Positions 9,464 to 19,411 of a DNA stretch of 64,000 bases are shown in pieces. Position numbers and translations under genes: made by a program. Each line of letters opens with the position of its first letter. Position 1 is the first letter of the stretch. The stretch is from assembly GCA_963706025.1 (NCBI GenBank), contig CAVPLM010000003.1, forward strand, positions 416,001 through 480,000. The letters are read 5' to 3'. This DNA is from an uncultured Actinomycetes bacterium (GTDB lineage: Bacteria; Actinomycetota; Thermoleophilia; RBG-16-64-13). The notes beneath the pieces were generated by a model that did not search any database, was not told where the DNA came from, and saw nothing but the letters and a program-made list of their open reading frames with translations.

Positions 9464-11345
9464 ATGGAGGCGACACCTCGTGGCTCCTGGTGGGGCAGGA
9501 GTCCTTTTCGTCGATGTTGGTACCGGCGAGACGCGGGAGGAAGCCCTGGACTGGGACGCGGCCCGCGATTTCATCGGCGGGCGCGGCCTCGGAGCCTACT
9601 ACCTCTTCAAGCATCTGGTGCCGGGCACCGACCCCTTGAGCCCGGACAACCCGCTGATCTTCGCGGGCAGCCCCATGTCGGGCACCTCCTGCCCCGGCTC
9701 GGCCCGGGGCGCGGTGGTGACCAAGTCGCCCCAGAGCGGGATCTACACGTTCGCGATCACCGGGGGCGAGCTGGGACCGGCCCTCAAGCGGTCGGGCTAC
9801 GACGTGATCATCCTCACCGGCAAAGCCGAGAAGCCGGTCTACGTGGAAGTGGGTCCGGACGGCGCAGAACTACGTGACGCTTCTCATCTCTGGGGCTTGG
9901 ACACACAGTCGACCCAGGAACTCATCAAGAAAGAGCGACGGGGTGAAGACCTGGCCATCACCTGCATAGGGCAGGGAGGCGAGCGGCTGGTGCCTTACGC
10001 CTGCCTGATCAACGAGCGTCGCGCTCTTGGCCGGGGCGGTCCGGGTGCTGTCATGGGCTCGAAGAACGTGAAGGCCCTTGTGATCAAGAAAGACGGACCC
10101 GCGGCGCCGCTCGCCGATCCGGCGGCGTTTCGCGAGGCTGCGCGAAACGCCACCTTCCAGTGCCGCGACAACCCCTTTACCTCGGGGCCACTGAAGACGT
10201 TCGGGACGGTGAGCACTGTGGCAGTCACCGTCAACGGGGCCATCATGCCGGCGGACAACTGGCAGCGCATGACCACTGTCGAGGAGGGCAAGAACCTTTT
10301 CGGCAACGTGCTCCGCGAGAAGTTCTTGGTCAAAGACGTGGCCAGCGGCGAACCCTGCAACATCAAGTGCTCGAAGATCACGGTGGTGAAGGACGGACCC
10401 TTTGCCGGCGCCTCGACGGAAGGACCGGAGTACGAGACCATCTATGCTTTCGGCACCGGCTGCGGCATCTTCGACTTCGCGCCCATCATCGAAGCCGACA
10501 GGATGTGTGACCTCTATGGCATCGACACCATGTCGGTGGGAGTGACCATCATGTTCGCCATGGAATGCTACGAGAAGGGTCTCATCACCAAGGAAGACAC
10601 CGGCGGCATCGACCTGCGTTTCGGCAATGCCGAGGCCATGGTGAAGCTGGTGCACGACGCTGCTTTCCGGCAAGGCTTCGGCGAGAAGATCGCCAGGGGC
10701 TGCCGCGCCCTGGCTGCCGAGATCGGGCAAGGCAGCGAAGCCTTCGCCATGCACACCAAGGGCGTGGAGGTCGGCGGGTACGACCCGCGGGGCGCCAAGG
10801 GCATGGCCCTGGTCTACGGTTGCGGCCCCCGGGGCGGCTGCCACCACGCCGGTGGCTACACCGTCCAGTTGGAGTTCACCAATCCCGATATCGACCGCTA
10901 TGCCGACTCGGGCAAAGTCCCCATCGTCCTCATGACCCGTAACCGCAGGGCCGCGGCAGCGGACTCGGGCGGTACCTGCGCGTTCCTCACGGTGGGCATG
11001 GACAACGACGTCCTCGCCGGCATGCTCTCGGCAGCCACCGGCAATCCGATGACGGTGCAGGACATGATGCTGGCGGGCGAGCGGATCAGCATGCTGGAGC
11101 GGGTGCTCAACGTGCGCGAAGGTCTGCGGGCTGCAGACGACGTTATTCCCCGGCGGCTGATCGAGGAGAGCGTCCCCGACGGACCGACCGCGGGACACAT
11201 GGTCGATTGGGATCTCATGCATAGGGAGTTCTATCAAGCCAGCGAACTGGACCCGATAACGTCGCTCCCCACCAAGGATAAGCTTGCGAAGATGAACCTG
11301 ACCTGGGTGCTCGACGATCCTGTGGTCGCGGCCCTGGCCGGCTAA
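9464..11345 (+). CDS. Aldehyde:ferredoxin oxidoreductase no. 2 (1-nt indel near 9500)
   Basis: ATG 9464 with RBS AAAGGAG gives MEATPRGSWWGR, which continues in another frame as VLFVDV; FIGGRGLG, GRGGPGAVMGSKNVKA, EGPEYET, RGGCH. Confidence 0.92.
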
Positions 11346-11354
11346 GGAGGAGAA

Positions 11355-12950
11355 GTGGCCTACTACCGCGACTTCAGGGAGTACGTCGCGAAGCTGGATG
11401 AGATGGGCCTGTTGCGGCGGGTCTCCACCCCCATCAACAAGGATACGGAGCTGATGCCGCTGGTCAGGCTCCAGTTCCGGGGACTACCGCCGGAACAGCG
11501 TACCGCCTGGGTGTTCGACAACATCCACGACGTGCTGGGCAAGAAGTACAACGGGTCTCTGGCCGTCTGCGTGCTCGGCGGAAATCGCGCGATCTATGCG
11601 GCAGCCCTGGGCTGCGAACCGGAAGAGATCAGCAAGAAGTGGGCCCAGGCCCACCAGAGCTGCATCGAGCCGAAGCTGGTCAAGGACGGGCCCTGCAAGG
11701 AAGAGATCCACGTGGGCGACAACCTGCTCGAGCACGACGGCATCCTGGAGTTCCCCCATCCCATATCGACGCCCGGCTTCGATCCCGCGCCCTTTTTTAC
11801 GTCGCCCTACTGGGTGACGAAGGACCCCGAGACCGGCCAGCGCAACATCGGCACGTACCGGGCCATGGTCAAAGGACCGGCCCGCACCGGGGTGATGGCC
11901 CACCAGTCGCAGCACATAGGTATCCACTTCCAGAAGATCCAGCGGCAGGGTGAGCATCGCCTGGATGCCGCGGTGGTCATCGGCTGCGCACCGGCCGTGG
12001 GTTTGTGCAGCGTGGCCAAGGTGCCGTACTCGGTGGACGAATACACGCTGGCGGGGGGTATCGCGGGCGAGCCCATCGAGCTGGTGAAGTGCGAGACTGT
12101 TGACCTGGAGGTGCCGGCGACGGCCGAGATCGTCATCGAAGGCTGGGTGGACACCACCTTCCGGGAGAAGGAAGCCCCCTTCGGCGAGTACACCGGGTAC
12201 ATGGGCGGCCGGGTGATCAACCCGGTCTTCAACGTGACCGCCATCACCCACCGTAAGAACCCCATCTATCAGGCGTTCCTCAGCCAGTTCCCTCCCTCAG
12301 AGAGCAGCCTCATCCGCAAGCTGGCCTATGACGCCGCCTATCTCAAATTCCTGCAGCACGACTGCAACATCCCAGGCGTGCTCGATGTGCAGTTGCATGA
12401 GTCCACCGGCAGTTACGGGCTGATGGTGATCCAACTCAATAAGACCCATCCGGCCCAGCCTTGGCAGGCTTTGAACGCGGCCGTGGCCTTCGATCCCACT
12501 ATCGGCAAGGTGATCGTGGCCGTGGACGACGACATCGATCCCAACGACGCCGACGCCGTGAACTGGGCCATGGCCTTCCGCATGCAGCCTCACCTCGACA
12601 CTCGGATCACCACCGGCAAGGCGTCCATCCTCGATCCCTCGTCGGCGCCGCCGGAGGCTTCGGTGGACGTGCAGCGCTTCCCGCCGCCGGTGGGGACGTC
12701 GTCTCTGCTCATCGATGCCACGAGGAAGTGGGGCTACCCGCCCACTTCGCTCCCGGCCAAGGAGTTCATGGAGGCGGCGCTCGAACGGTGGCAGGCGGAG
12801 GGCCTGCCGGCGCTCAGTCTCAAGAAACCATGGTTCGGCTACGAGCTGGGCCACTGGACCGACGAAGAACGCGAGGACGCCGCCAAAGCCATCCGCGGCG
12901 AGTACCTCGACACCGGCGAGAAGCTTCAACAACATCGCGAGGATCTGTGA
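11355..12950 (+). CDS. ubiD: UbiD-family prFMN-dependent (hetero)aromatic acid decarboxylase
   Basis: NIGTYRAM, VPATAEIVIEG, EAPFGEYTGY, VDDDID, LDPS, LIDAT. Confidence 0.93.
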   Translation: MAYYRDFREYVAKLDEMGLLRRVSTPINKDTELMPLVRLQFRGLPPEQRTAWVFDNIHDVLGKKYNGSLAVCVLGGNRAIYAAALGCEPEEISKKWAQAHQSCIEPKLVKDGPCKEEIHVGDNLLEHDGILEFPHPISTPGFDPAPFFTSPYWVTKDPETGQRNIGTYRAMVKGPARTGVMAHQSQHIGIHFQKIQRQGEHRLDAAVVIGCAPAVGLCSVAKVPYSVDEYTLAGGIAGEPIELVKCETVDLEVPATAEIVIEGWVDTTFREKEAPFGEYTGYMGGRVINPVFNVTAITHRKNPIYQAFLSQFPPSESSLIRKLAYDAAYLKFLQHDCNIPGVLDVQLHESTGSYGLMVIQLNKTHPAQPWQALNAAVAFDPTIGKVIVAVDDDIDPNDADAVNWAMAFRMQPHLDTRITTGKASILDPSSAPPEASVDVQRFPPPVGTSSLLIDATRKWGYPPTSLPAKEFMEAALERWQAEGLPALSLKKPWFGYELGHWTDEEREDAAKAIRGEYLDTGEKLQQHREDL

Positions 12951-12981
12951 GAACCATTGAAGGAATTGAAGGAGGGCACTG

Positions 12982-14208
12982 ATGGCCGATCTATCCGTCG
13001 ATTTTGCGGGTCTTAAGCTCAAGAACCCGTTCATCATCGCGTCGTCCGAGCTGACCAACAAGATCGACAAGATCAAGATCGCCGAGGAGCATGGAGCCGC
13101 GGCCGTCAGCACCAAGCTGACCTTCTTGCAGATCCCTCTGTACGCCCGTCCCTATCACATCATCGAAAAGGAGGGCGCCTTCTACTCGCCTTCCGGTGAG
13201 CGCATGCGGGTAGATCAGACCCAGCGACTCGTCCAGCAGTGCAAGGAGCAGACCGACCTCAAGGTCATCGCCAACATGATGGGTCCGGGTGAGGATCTGG
13301 AGGGCTGGGCGAAGCTGGCCCGCGCTCTGGAAGAAGCCGGCGCCGACATGCTGGAGCTCAACATGTCCTGCCCGAACCTGGGTCTGATGGCAAAGCAGAT
13401 GGGTGTGGACGAGGAGCCGGAGCTGGGGGCGACACTCGGCAAGGACCCGGTGCTGGCCGGGAAAGTGACCAAGGCCGTCACCGACGCCGTGAAGATCCCT
13501 GTCATGCCCAAGATGACCCCTGAGGCCAACACCATGATGGTGTCGAAGTCGGTCCAGAAGAACGGCGCCGCGGCCGTCTCGGCCATCAACTGCCCACAGT
13601 CGCTGCCCCCGCTGGACATCGACCACGGTGGCCGGCCGTTCTATCCCTCCACCGGCAACCAGTCCTACGCCGGCCTCTGCGGTCCTTGGATCCGGCCGCT
13701 GGCCTATCGGCACGTGGCTCAGATGCGCACCGTCTGCCCCGACCTGCCCATCGCCGGCGGCGGCGGGCTGATGAACTGGCGCCATTCGGTAGAGATGATC
13801 ATGTACGGCGCCACCGTGCTCACTTACTGTTCGCTGCTCTACCTCAAGGGCTACAAGGCCTTCACCAAGATAGAGCCGGGCATGCACAAGTTCATGGACG
13901 AGCACGGCTACAAGACCCTGGCCGACATGCGGGGGATCGCGCTCGAGTACATCGTCACCCCCAAAGAGGTGGACTACATACCGATGCTCCCGGAGTTCGA
14001 CCTGGAGAAGTGCAACGGTTGCGGGCTGTGCGCCGCGCCGGGGCATTGTGAGTGCATCGAGATCGTGGACAAGAAGGCCGTGCTGGTGCAACCGAAGGAA
14101 TGCTATTCCTGCGCCGTCTGCTACTTCCTCTGCCCGAAAGACGCGATCACCATGAAGAACGCGCCGATCGAAGAGACCCGGGCAGGTGTGGCGCTGATGG
14201 AGCAGTGA
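12982..14208 (+). CDS. Dihydropyrimidine dehydrogenase PreA-like FMN protein with C-terminal ferredoxin domain
   Basis: LKNPFIIAS, ELNMSCPN (catalytic Cys), PKMTP, AIN; C-terminal CNGCGLC..C and CYSCAVC..CP. Confidence 0.88.
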   Translation: MADLSVDFAGLKLKNPFIIASSELTNKIDKIKIAEEHGAAAVSTKLTFLQIPLYARPYHIIEKEGAFYSPSGERMRVDQTQRLVQQCKEQTDLKVIANMMGPGEDLEGWAKLARALEEAGADMLELNMSCPNLGLMAKQMGVDEEPELGATLGKDPVLAGKVTKAVTDAVKIPVMPKMTPEANTMMVSKSVQKNGAAAVSAINCPQSLPPLDIDHGGRPFYPSTGNQSYAGLCGPWIRPLAYRHVAQMRTVCPDLPIAGGGGLMNWRHSVEMIMYGATVLTYCSLLYLKGYKAFTKIEPGMHKFMDEHGYKTLADMRGIALEYIVTPKEVDYIPMLPEFDLEKCNGCGLCAAPGHCECIEIVDKKAVLVQPKECYSCAVCYFLCPKDAITMKNAPIEETRAGVALMEQ

Positions 14209-14233
14209 CCGGCTGCGGGAAGGAGTGTGAGGC

Positions 14234-15127
14234 ATGAAGGCTTTTGAATACCTGCGTCCGGCGTCGATCGAGGAGGCGTGCGCGCTCCTGGCCGCCGGTG
14301 ATGGCTCGGTGAAAGTCCTGGCCGGCGGGACCGACCTGCTTGTGCAGATGAAGCAGGGGAAGCTGCAGCCGGAAGCGCTGATCAGCCTTAGGGACGTCCC
14401 CGGGCTTTCGTTCATCCGGCTGGATGGTGACGGGGGCCTTTCACTGGGGGCGGCCACTCCTCTGGGGTCAGTAGAGAGGTCCCCCGAGGTGATCAAGGGC
14501 TTCCCGGCCATTGCGGAGGCGGCCTCATGGATCGGGTCCGTGCAGGTGCGCAGCCGGGCCACCGTGGGAGGCAACCTGTGCAACGCCGCTCCCTCCGCCG
14601 ACATGGCCCCCATCTTGATCGCATTCGGAGCTGAGGCGGTCATTGCTGACGGAGGCGCCGAGCGCACGGTGCCGCTCGAAGACTTCTTCACCGGACCGGG
14701 CCGGACGGCGCTCGGGCCGGGTGAACTGCTCAAGGCCATCAAAGTACCACCGGCGCCCGCCAGGAGTTTTGGAAAATACGTCAAGGCCTACCGGTCCGCG
14801 ATGGACCTCGCCACGGTGGGGGTGGGGGCGCTGGTGGTCTTCGCGCCTGGTTCCGCGCGCTCCCCGGGTGTCGTGGAGGACGTTCGCTTGGTCCTCGGGG
14901 CCGTGGCGCCCACGCCCATCCGTGCGCGCGAAGCCGAGCGGATGCTGACCGGTCACACGCTGGATGAGGAGGTGATCGCGCAGGCGAGCCGCAAAGCCGC
15001 GGAGGAAGCCCGGCCGATCACCGACGTACGCGCCTCGGCCGAGTACCGGACCACCCTGGTGGAGGTCCTGTCTCGCAGGGCTCTTCTTGCGGCGTACTCC
15101 TGGGCCGGAAAAGGAGGACGAGAGTGA
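14234..15127 (+). CDS. Xanthine dehydrogenase family FAD subunit
   Basis: AGGTDL, QVRSRATVGGNLCNAAPSAD, DVRASAEYR; no [4Fe-4S] insert. Confidence 0.92.
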   Translation: MKAFEYLRPASIEEACALLAAGDGSVKVLAGGTDLLVQMKQGKLQPEALISLRDVPGLSFIRLDGDGGLSLGAATPLGSVERSPEVIKGFPAIAEAASWIGSVQVRSRATVGGNLCNAAPSADMAPILIAFGAEAVIADGGAERTVPLEDFFTGPGRTALGPGELLKAIKVPPAPARSFGKYVKAYRSAMDLATVGVGALVVFAPGSARSPGVVEDVRLVLGAVAPTPIRAREAERMLTGHTLDEEVIAQASRKAAEEARPITDVRASAEYRTTLVEVLSRRALLAAYSWAGKGGRE

Positions 15128-15606
15128 AGAGAGAGCTGCACATAACGGTCAACGGCGATGAGTACCATCTGTTCGTCGATGTGCGCCGCACCCTCCTCGA
15201 TGTGATCCGGGAAGACATCGGTCTGACCGGCACCAAGAACAGCTGCGGCGCCGGTGAATGCGGCGCCTGCACGGTATTGCTCGACAACGAGCCGGTCAAC
15301 TCCTGCCTGGTGCTCGCTCACGAGGCCGATGGGCAGGACGTGGTGACCATCGAGGGCCTTGCCCAGGGAGGCGTGCTTCATCCGGTCCAGGAGGCCTTTG
15401 TGGAGCAGGGCGCCATCCAGTGCGGCTTCTGCACGCCGGGCATGGTCATGTCCACGAAGGCCCTGCTCGACCGGAAGCCCAATCCGACCCGGGACGAGAT
15501 CCTCCACGGGCTGAAAGGGAACCTCTGCCGGTGCACAGGCTACGTGAAGATCATCGACGCCGTCGAAGCGGCGAGCTGCCTGCTCGGGGAAGGGGAGTCC
15601 GCATGA
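15124..15606 (+). CDS. Xanthine dehydrogenase family [2Fe-2S] subunit
   Basis: CGAGECGAC..C, QCGFCTPG, NLCRCTGY. Confidence 0.95.
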   Translation: MKRELHITVNGDEYHLFVDVRRTLLDVIREDIGLTGTKNSCGAGECGACTVLLDNEPVNSCLVLAHEADGQDVVTIEGLAQGGVLHPVQEAFVEQGAIQCGFCTPGMVMSTKALLDRKPNPTRDEILHGLKGNLCRCTGYVKIIDAVEAASCLLGEGESA

Positions 15607-17885
15607 ACACCTGCGTGATCGGGAAAGGACTTCCGCGCATCGACGCGGTCCCCAAGGTGACGGGTGAGGCGCAGTACACCGTCGATCTCAAGATGCCGGG
15701 GCTACTCATAGGCAAGATCCTGCGAAGCCCACATCCTCATGCCCTGATCAAGTCCATCGACACCTCGGCCGCGAAGGATCTCAAGGGGGTGCGGGCGGTC
15801 ATCACGGCCGCGGACGTCCCCGAGAACCTCTTCAGCTTCTATCAATGGCTGGCCGACAAGAACATCCTGTGTCGCAGCAGGGTCCGGTACGTGGGTGACG
15901 AGGTCGCCGCGGTGGCGGCTGTTGACGAGGATACGGCCGAAGAGGCGCTCTCGCTCATCAAGGTCGAGTACGAACCTCTTCCCGCGGTCTTCACCCTGGA
16001 GGAGGCAATGCAGCCCGGGGCGCCCCTGGTGCACGAGGACAAAGAGAGCAACGCGACTTGGAGCGTTCAACGCCTGTTCGGCGACCCCGACACGGCCTTC
16101 GCCGAGTGCGACTACGTGATCGAAGGCACGTATGTCACCCACCAGGTGGCGCACACCTGCTTCGAGGTATCCAACTGCATCGCCAAGTGGGACGCCAAAG
16201 ACCGTCTGACCATCTGGACGAACACCCAGGCGCCTCACACGCAGAGACAAGAGGTGGCTCGGATCCTGGGCATCCCCAAACGCAACGTGCGCGTCATCAG
16301 CTCTTACATGGGCGGGGGCTTCGGCTCCAAGCTGGTCATGGACATGAAGCTGCCCATCGCCGCCGTTTTGTCGAAGATGTGCGGGCGCCCGGTGCGCATC
16401 GTGAACACCAGGAGCGAGGAGTTCACTACCGCGAAGACCCGCTATCCCTACACCATGTATCTGAAGACCGGGGCCACCAAAGACGGCCGGATCGTGGCCC
16501 GGGAGCTCAAGGTTCTTGCGGACGCTGGTGCATATCACGACAAAGGGCCCGCCACGATCAACTTCGCCAGCATGATGTTCGGCACCCTCTACAACGTGGC
16601 CAACATGCGCTTCGACGGTCAACTGGTATACACCAACAAGGAGATGGGCACTGCCTTTCGCGGCTTCGGGAATCCGCAGGTTTCCTTCGCCACCGAGACA
16701 CAACTCGACGAACTGGCCGAGAAGATGGGCATGGACCCGCTGGAGCTCCGGCTCAAGAACTCCAACCAGGCCGGTGTGGAGACCGCCTGCGGCGCCGAGG
16801 TCTGCGGGTGCGCGATGACCGAATGCATAGTGGCCGCGGCCGAAGGCATCGAGTGGGACAAGAAGAGGGGCAAGAAGGCGAACGGCAGGCTGCGCGGCGT
16901 GGGCATGGCCAACATGGTCCATACCGGTGGCGGCGGACGCTTCTACGGATACAACTCGGCGGAAGCCTTCGTGAAGCTCTCGGATGAGGGGACGGTGACC
17001 CTCATCACTTCCGCCCTCGACATGGGCCAGGGAGCGCATACGGCCATGGCGATGATCGTGGCCGAAGAGCTGGGAGTCAATCTGGGCGACATCAACGTGC
17101 TGTCCCACGACACCGACCTCACGCCCTACGACCTGGGCTCCTGGGGGAGCCGGGCCACGTTCATGAACGGCAACGCCGTTCTTGCGGCAGCCCGGGACGC
17201 GAGGAACGCGGTGGGAGAGGCCGCGGCCGAGATGTTGGAGGCCGACGCGAAGGACATTATCGTGGAGGGAGGCAAGGTCTGGGTCAGAGGCTCGGAAGAG
17301 AAGCACGACCTGGCCGAGATCGTCGAGCACGCGGTGAACGCCCATGGCTCTCCGCTCTCCGGGACGGGCAAGTTCGTCGACTCTCTGCCCGCGGGGTATA
17401 CGATCCCCACCGCCTTCATCAAGAACATCCCCTGCTTCTCGTTCGGCACCCAGGCGGCCGAAGTGGAGATAGACCCGGAAACCGGTCAGGTGAAAGTCCT
17501 CAAGGTGGTGGCCGCCCACGAGACGGGTACCACCATCAACCAGACCATGGTCGAGGGGCAGATCGAGGGCAGCGTGGCTCAAGGTGTGGGCTACGCTCTG
17601 GTGGAGCAGTTGATCCGCGATGAGAGCGGTAAGATCCTCAACGACAGCTTCCTCGATTACAAGATCGCCAACATCGGAGACATACCGGAAATCGTAGCCA
17701 TCGGGGTGGAGAGTCTGGGCACGAACGGCCCCTACGGCGCGAAGGGCATCGGAGAGCCGGGTCTGGTCCCGACTGCCCCGGCGATAGCCAACGCGATCTT
17801 CGACGCGATCGGGGTCCGGTTCTACGAATTGCCCATCACGCCTGACAAGGTACTGAGAGCACTGGAAGCGAAGAGATCGAAGTAG
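15603..17885 (+). CDS. Xanthine dehydrogenase family molybdopterin-binding large subunit
   Basis: KVTGEAQY, TQAPH, GGGFGSK, AFRGFGNPQ, MGQG, AKGIGEPG (catalytic Glu); true start MNTCVIG at 15603. Confidence 0.94.
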   Translation: MNTCVIGKGLPRIDAVPKVTGEAQYTVDLKMPGLLIGKILRSPHPHALIKSIDTSAAKDLKGVRAVITAADVPENLFSFYQWLADKNILCRSRVRYVGDEVAAVAAVDEDTAEEALSLIKVEYEPLPAVFTLEEAMQPGAPLVHEDKESNATWSVQRLFGDPDTAFAECDYVIEGTYVTHQVAHTCFEVSNCIAKWDAKDRLTIWTNTQAPHTQRQEVARILGIPKRNVRVISSYMGGGFGSKLVMDMKLPIAAVLSKMCGRPVRIVNTRSEEFTTAKTRYPYTMYLKTGATKDGRIVARELKVLADAGAYHDKGPATINFASMMFGTLYNVANMRFDGQLVYTNKEMGTAFRGFGNPQVSFATETQLDELAEKMGMDPLELRLKNSNQAGVETACGAEVCGCAMTECIVAAAEGIEWDKKRGKKANGRLRGVGMANMVHTGGGGRFYGYNSAEAFVKLSDEGTVTLITSALDMGQGAHTAMAMIVAEELGVNLGDINVLSHDTDLTPYDLGSWGSRATFMNGNAVLAAARDARNAVGEAAAEMLEADAKDIIVEGGKVWVRGSEEKHDLAEIVEHAVNAHGSPLSGTGKFVDSLPAGYTIPTAFIKNIPCFSFGTQAAEVEIDPETGQVKVLKVVAAHETGTTINQTMVEGQIEGSVAQGVGYALVEQLIRDESGKILNDSFLDYKIANIGDIPEIVAIGVESLGTNGPYGAKGIGEPGLVPTAPAIANAIFDAIGVRFYELPITPDKVLRALEAKRSK

Positions 17886-17906
17886 TCACGTGCAGTAGTC
17901 ACGTGC
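17881..17906 (+). repeat. 13-bp tandem duplication AGTAGTCACGTGC x2
   Basis: Exact duplication spanning the xdh stop and yqeC start. Confidence 0.85.
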
Positions 17907-19411
17907 AGGCCACCGCGCACGAAACTCTCTCCGGCGCCCTTGGTCTGGGGCGCCGGGAGTTGGTGGCGCTGGTTGGCGGGGGCGGCAAGACCGGCGCGCT
18001 GCGCCTTCTTGCCCGCGAGTTGACCGCGCCTGGGCGCCGCGTGGTGGCAACGACGACGACGGCCATGTTCCTCCGAGAGTTGAGCGAGGCCGGTCCGGTG
18101 GTCATGGGCGCGACCCTGCCCGACTTGCTGGCGGGCGTCGAAGAGGCTCTCGCGCAGGGAGCGGCGCAGGGAGCGGCGGTGGGGGCCGCGCGCATGCCTG
18201 TCGACCAGGACAAGGTGATGGGCCTTCCTGCCGACTGGGTGGATCGGCTCTGGGCGAAGGGCGCGGAAGGGCGCGACCCCTTGGAGATGGTCTGCGGAGC
18301 GGCTGCTCCAACGGTCGACTTTCCCGCCCCACTTGACTACCTGCTCGTCGAGGCCGACGGGAGCCGGGGAAGGCCGCTCAAGGCCTTCGGGGCTCACGAG
18401 CCCCAGGTTCCTGACGCGACGACCACCGTCGTGCAGGTCGCCGGATTGGATGCCCTCGGTGCCCCGCTGACCGAAGAGTACGTGCATCGCGCCGGTTTGC
18501 TTGCCTCCGCGTTGCGGGTGCCGGTCGGCTCGAAGATAACGGCCCCTGTCTTCGCGGGCTGTCTGCGCGAGCAGGTGCAGGTGATCAGGCGCCGCTGGCC
18601 GGATGTCCGGGTCGTCACCCTGCTGAACAAGGCCGAAAGGCCGGAGGATGAAGCCGCAGGACTGGAGTTGGCCGGGGAGTTGCTGGGGGCGCCTGTCGGC
18701 AATGGCGGGGGCGATGCCCGAGGCTACAGGCCGGACTCCGTCGTAGTGGGCAGTCTTCAGGAGAGGCGCTTCGTGCGCGCCCGAAAGAGCGTGTCGGTCG
18801 CCGCGATCGTGCTGGCTGCAGGCCTCGGGACCCGGATGGGAGGCCAGAAGGTACTGTTTCCCCTGGGGGAACGTTCATTGGTGCAATGGGTAGTGGATGC
18901 AGCCCTGGGCTCGGGGGCTGCCGAGACGATCTTGGTGGTGGGGCATGAGGCGGGATCGGTGGCCGACGCGGTGAAAGACCGGCCGGTGAACGTGGTGGTC
19001 AACCCTGATCACGCCGAGGGCATGAGTACTTCTCTTCAGGCCGGGGTGCGGGCCGTCCGGCCGGACTGCGACGCGGCCGTCTTCATGCTTGGGGATCAGC
19101 CGTTCGTCACGTCGGCGCTCGTGGATGGGCTGATCGAGCGGTTCGCCGAGAACGAAGCCTGGGTGGTCAGACCCGTTCTTGGGAACCGGCCTATCCACCC
19201 GGTGCTCATGAGCGCGGCGCTCTTCCCGGAGATCTTGAGTCAGCGCGGCGACATCGGCGGCCGCGAGATCGCCCGGCGTCATCCGGAGCGGGTCAGCCTG
19301 GTGCCTGTGGACGACAGTCGGTTAGACTTGGACGTCGATACGGGTGAGGACTACGAGGAGGCCCTTCGGATCCGGGGCTGCTCGGCGGAGCGAGTGGCAG
19401 GAGACCAATGA
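17903..19411 (+). CDS. yqeC: YqeC (selenium-dependent hydroxylase accessory) fused to MocA/YgfJ molybdenum cofactor cytidylyltransferase
   Basis: N-half LVGGGGKT, LVEADGSRGRPLKA..HEP; C-half VLAAGLGTRMGGQK, GMSTSL, LGDQP, HPV, DVDT. Confidence 0.87.
   Translation: MQATAHETLSGALGLGRRELVALVGGGGKTGALRLLARELTAPGRRVVATTTTAMFLRELSEAGPVVMGATLPDLLAGVEEALAQGAAQGAAVGAARMPVDQDKVMGLPADWVDRLWAKGAEGRDPLEMVCGAAAPTVDFPAPLDYLLVEADGSRGRPLKAFGAHEPQVPDATTTVVQVAGLDALGAPLTEEYVHRAGLLASALRVPVGSKITAPVFAGCLREQVQVIRRRWPDVRVVTLLNKAERPEDEAAGLELAGELLGAPVGNGGGDARGYRPDSVVVGSLQERRFVRARKSVSVAAIVLAAGLGTRMGGQKVLFPLGERSLVQWVVDAALGSGAAETILVVGHEAGSVADAVKDRPVNVVVNPDHAEGMSTSLQAGVRAVRPDCDAAVFMLGDQPFVTSALVDGLIERFAENEAWVVRPVLGNRPIHPVLMSAALFPEILSQRGDIGGREIARRHPERVSLVPVDDSRLDLDVDTGEDYEEALRIRGCSAERVAGDQ

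Noticed and set aside
14234-17885. 4-hydroxybenzoyl-CoA reductase or aerobic CO dehydrogenase
   Set aside because: FAD subunit lacks the HcrB [4Fe-4S] insert; active loop is AFRGFG, not AMRGHG or AYxCSFR
18152-18178. 12-bp tandem repeat in yqeC (AQGAAQGAA)
   Set aside because: In-frame low-complexity slippage with no evident function
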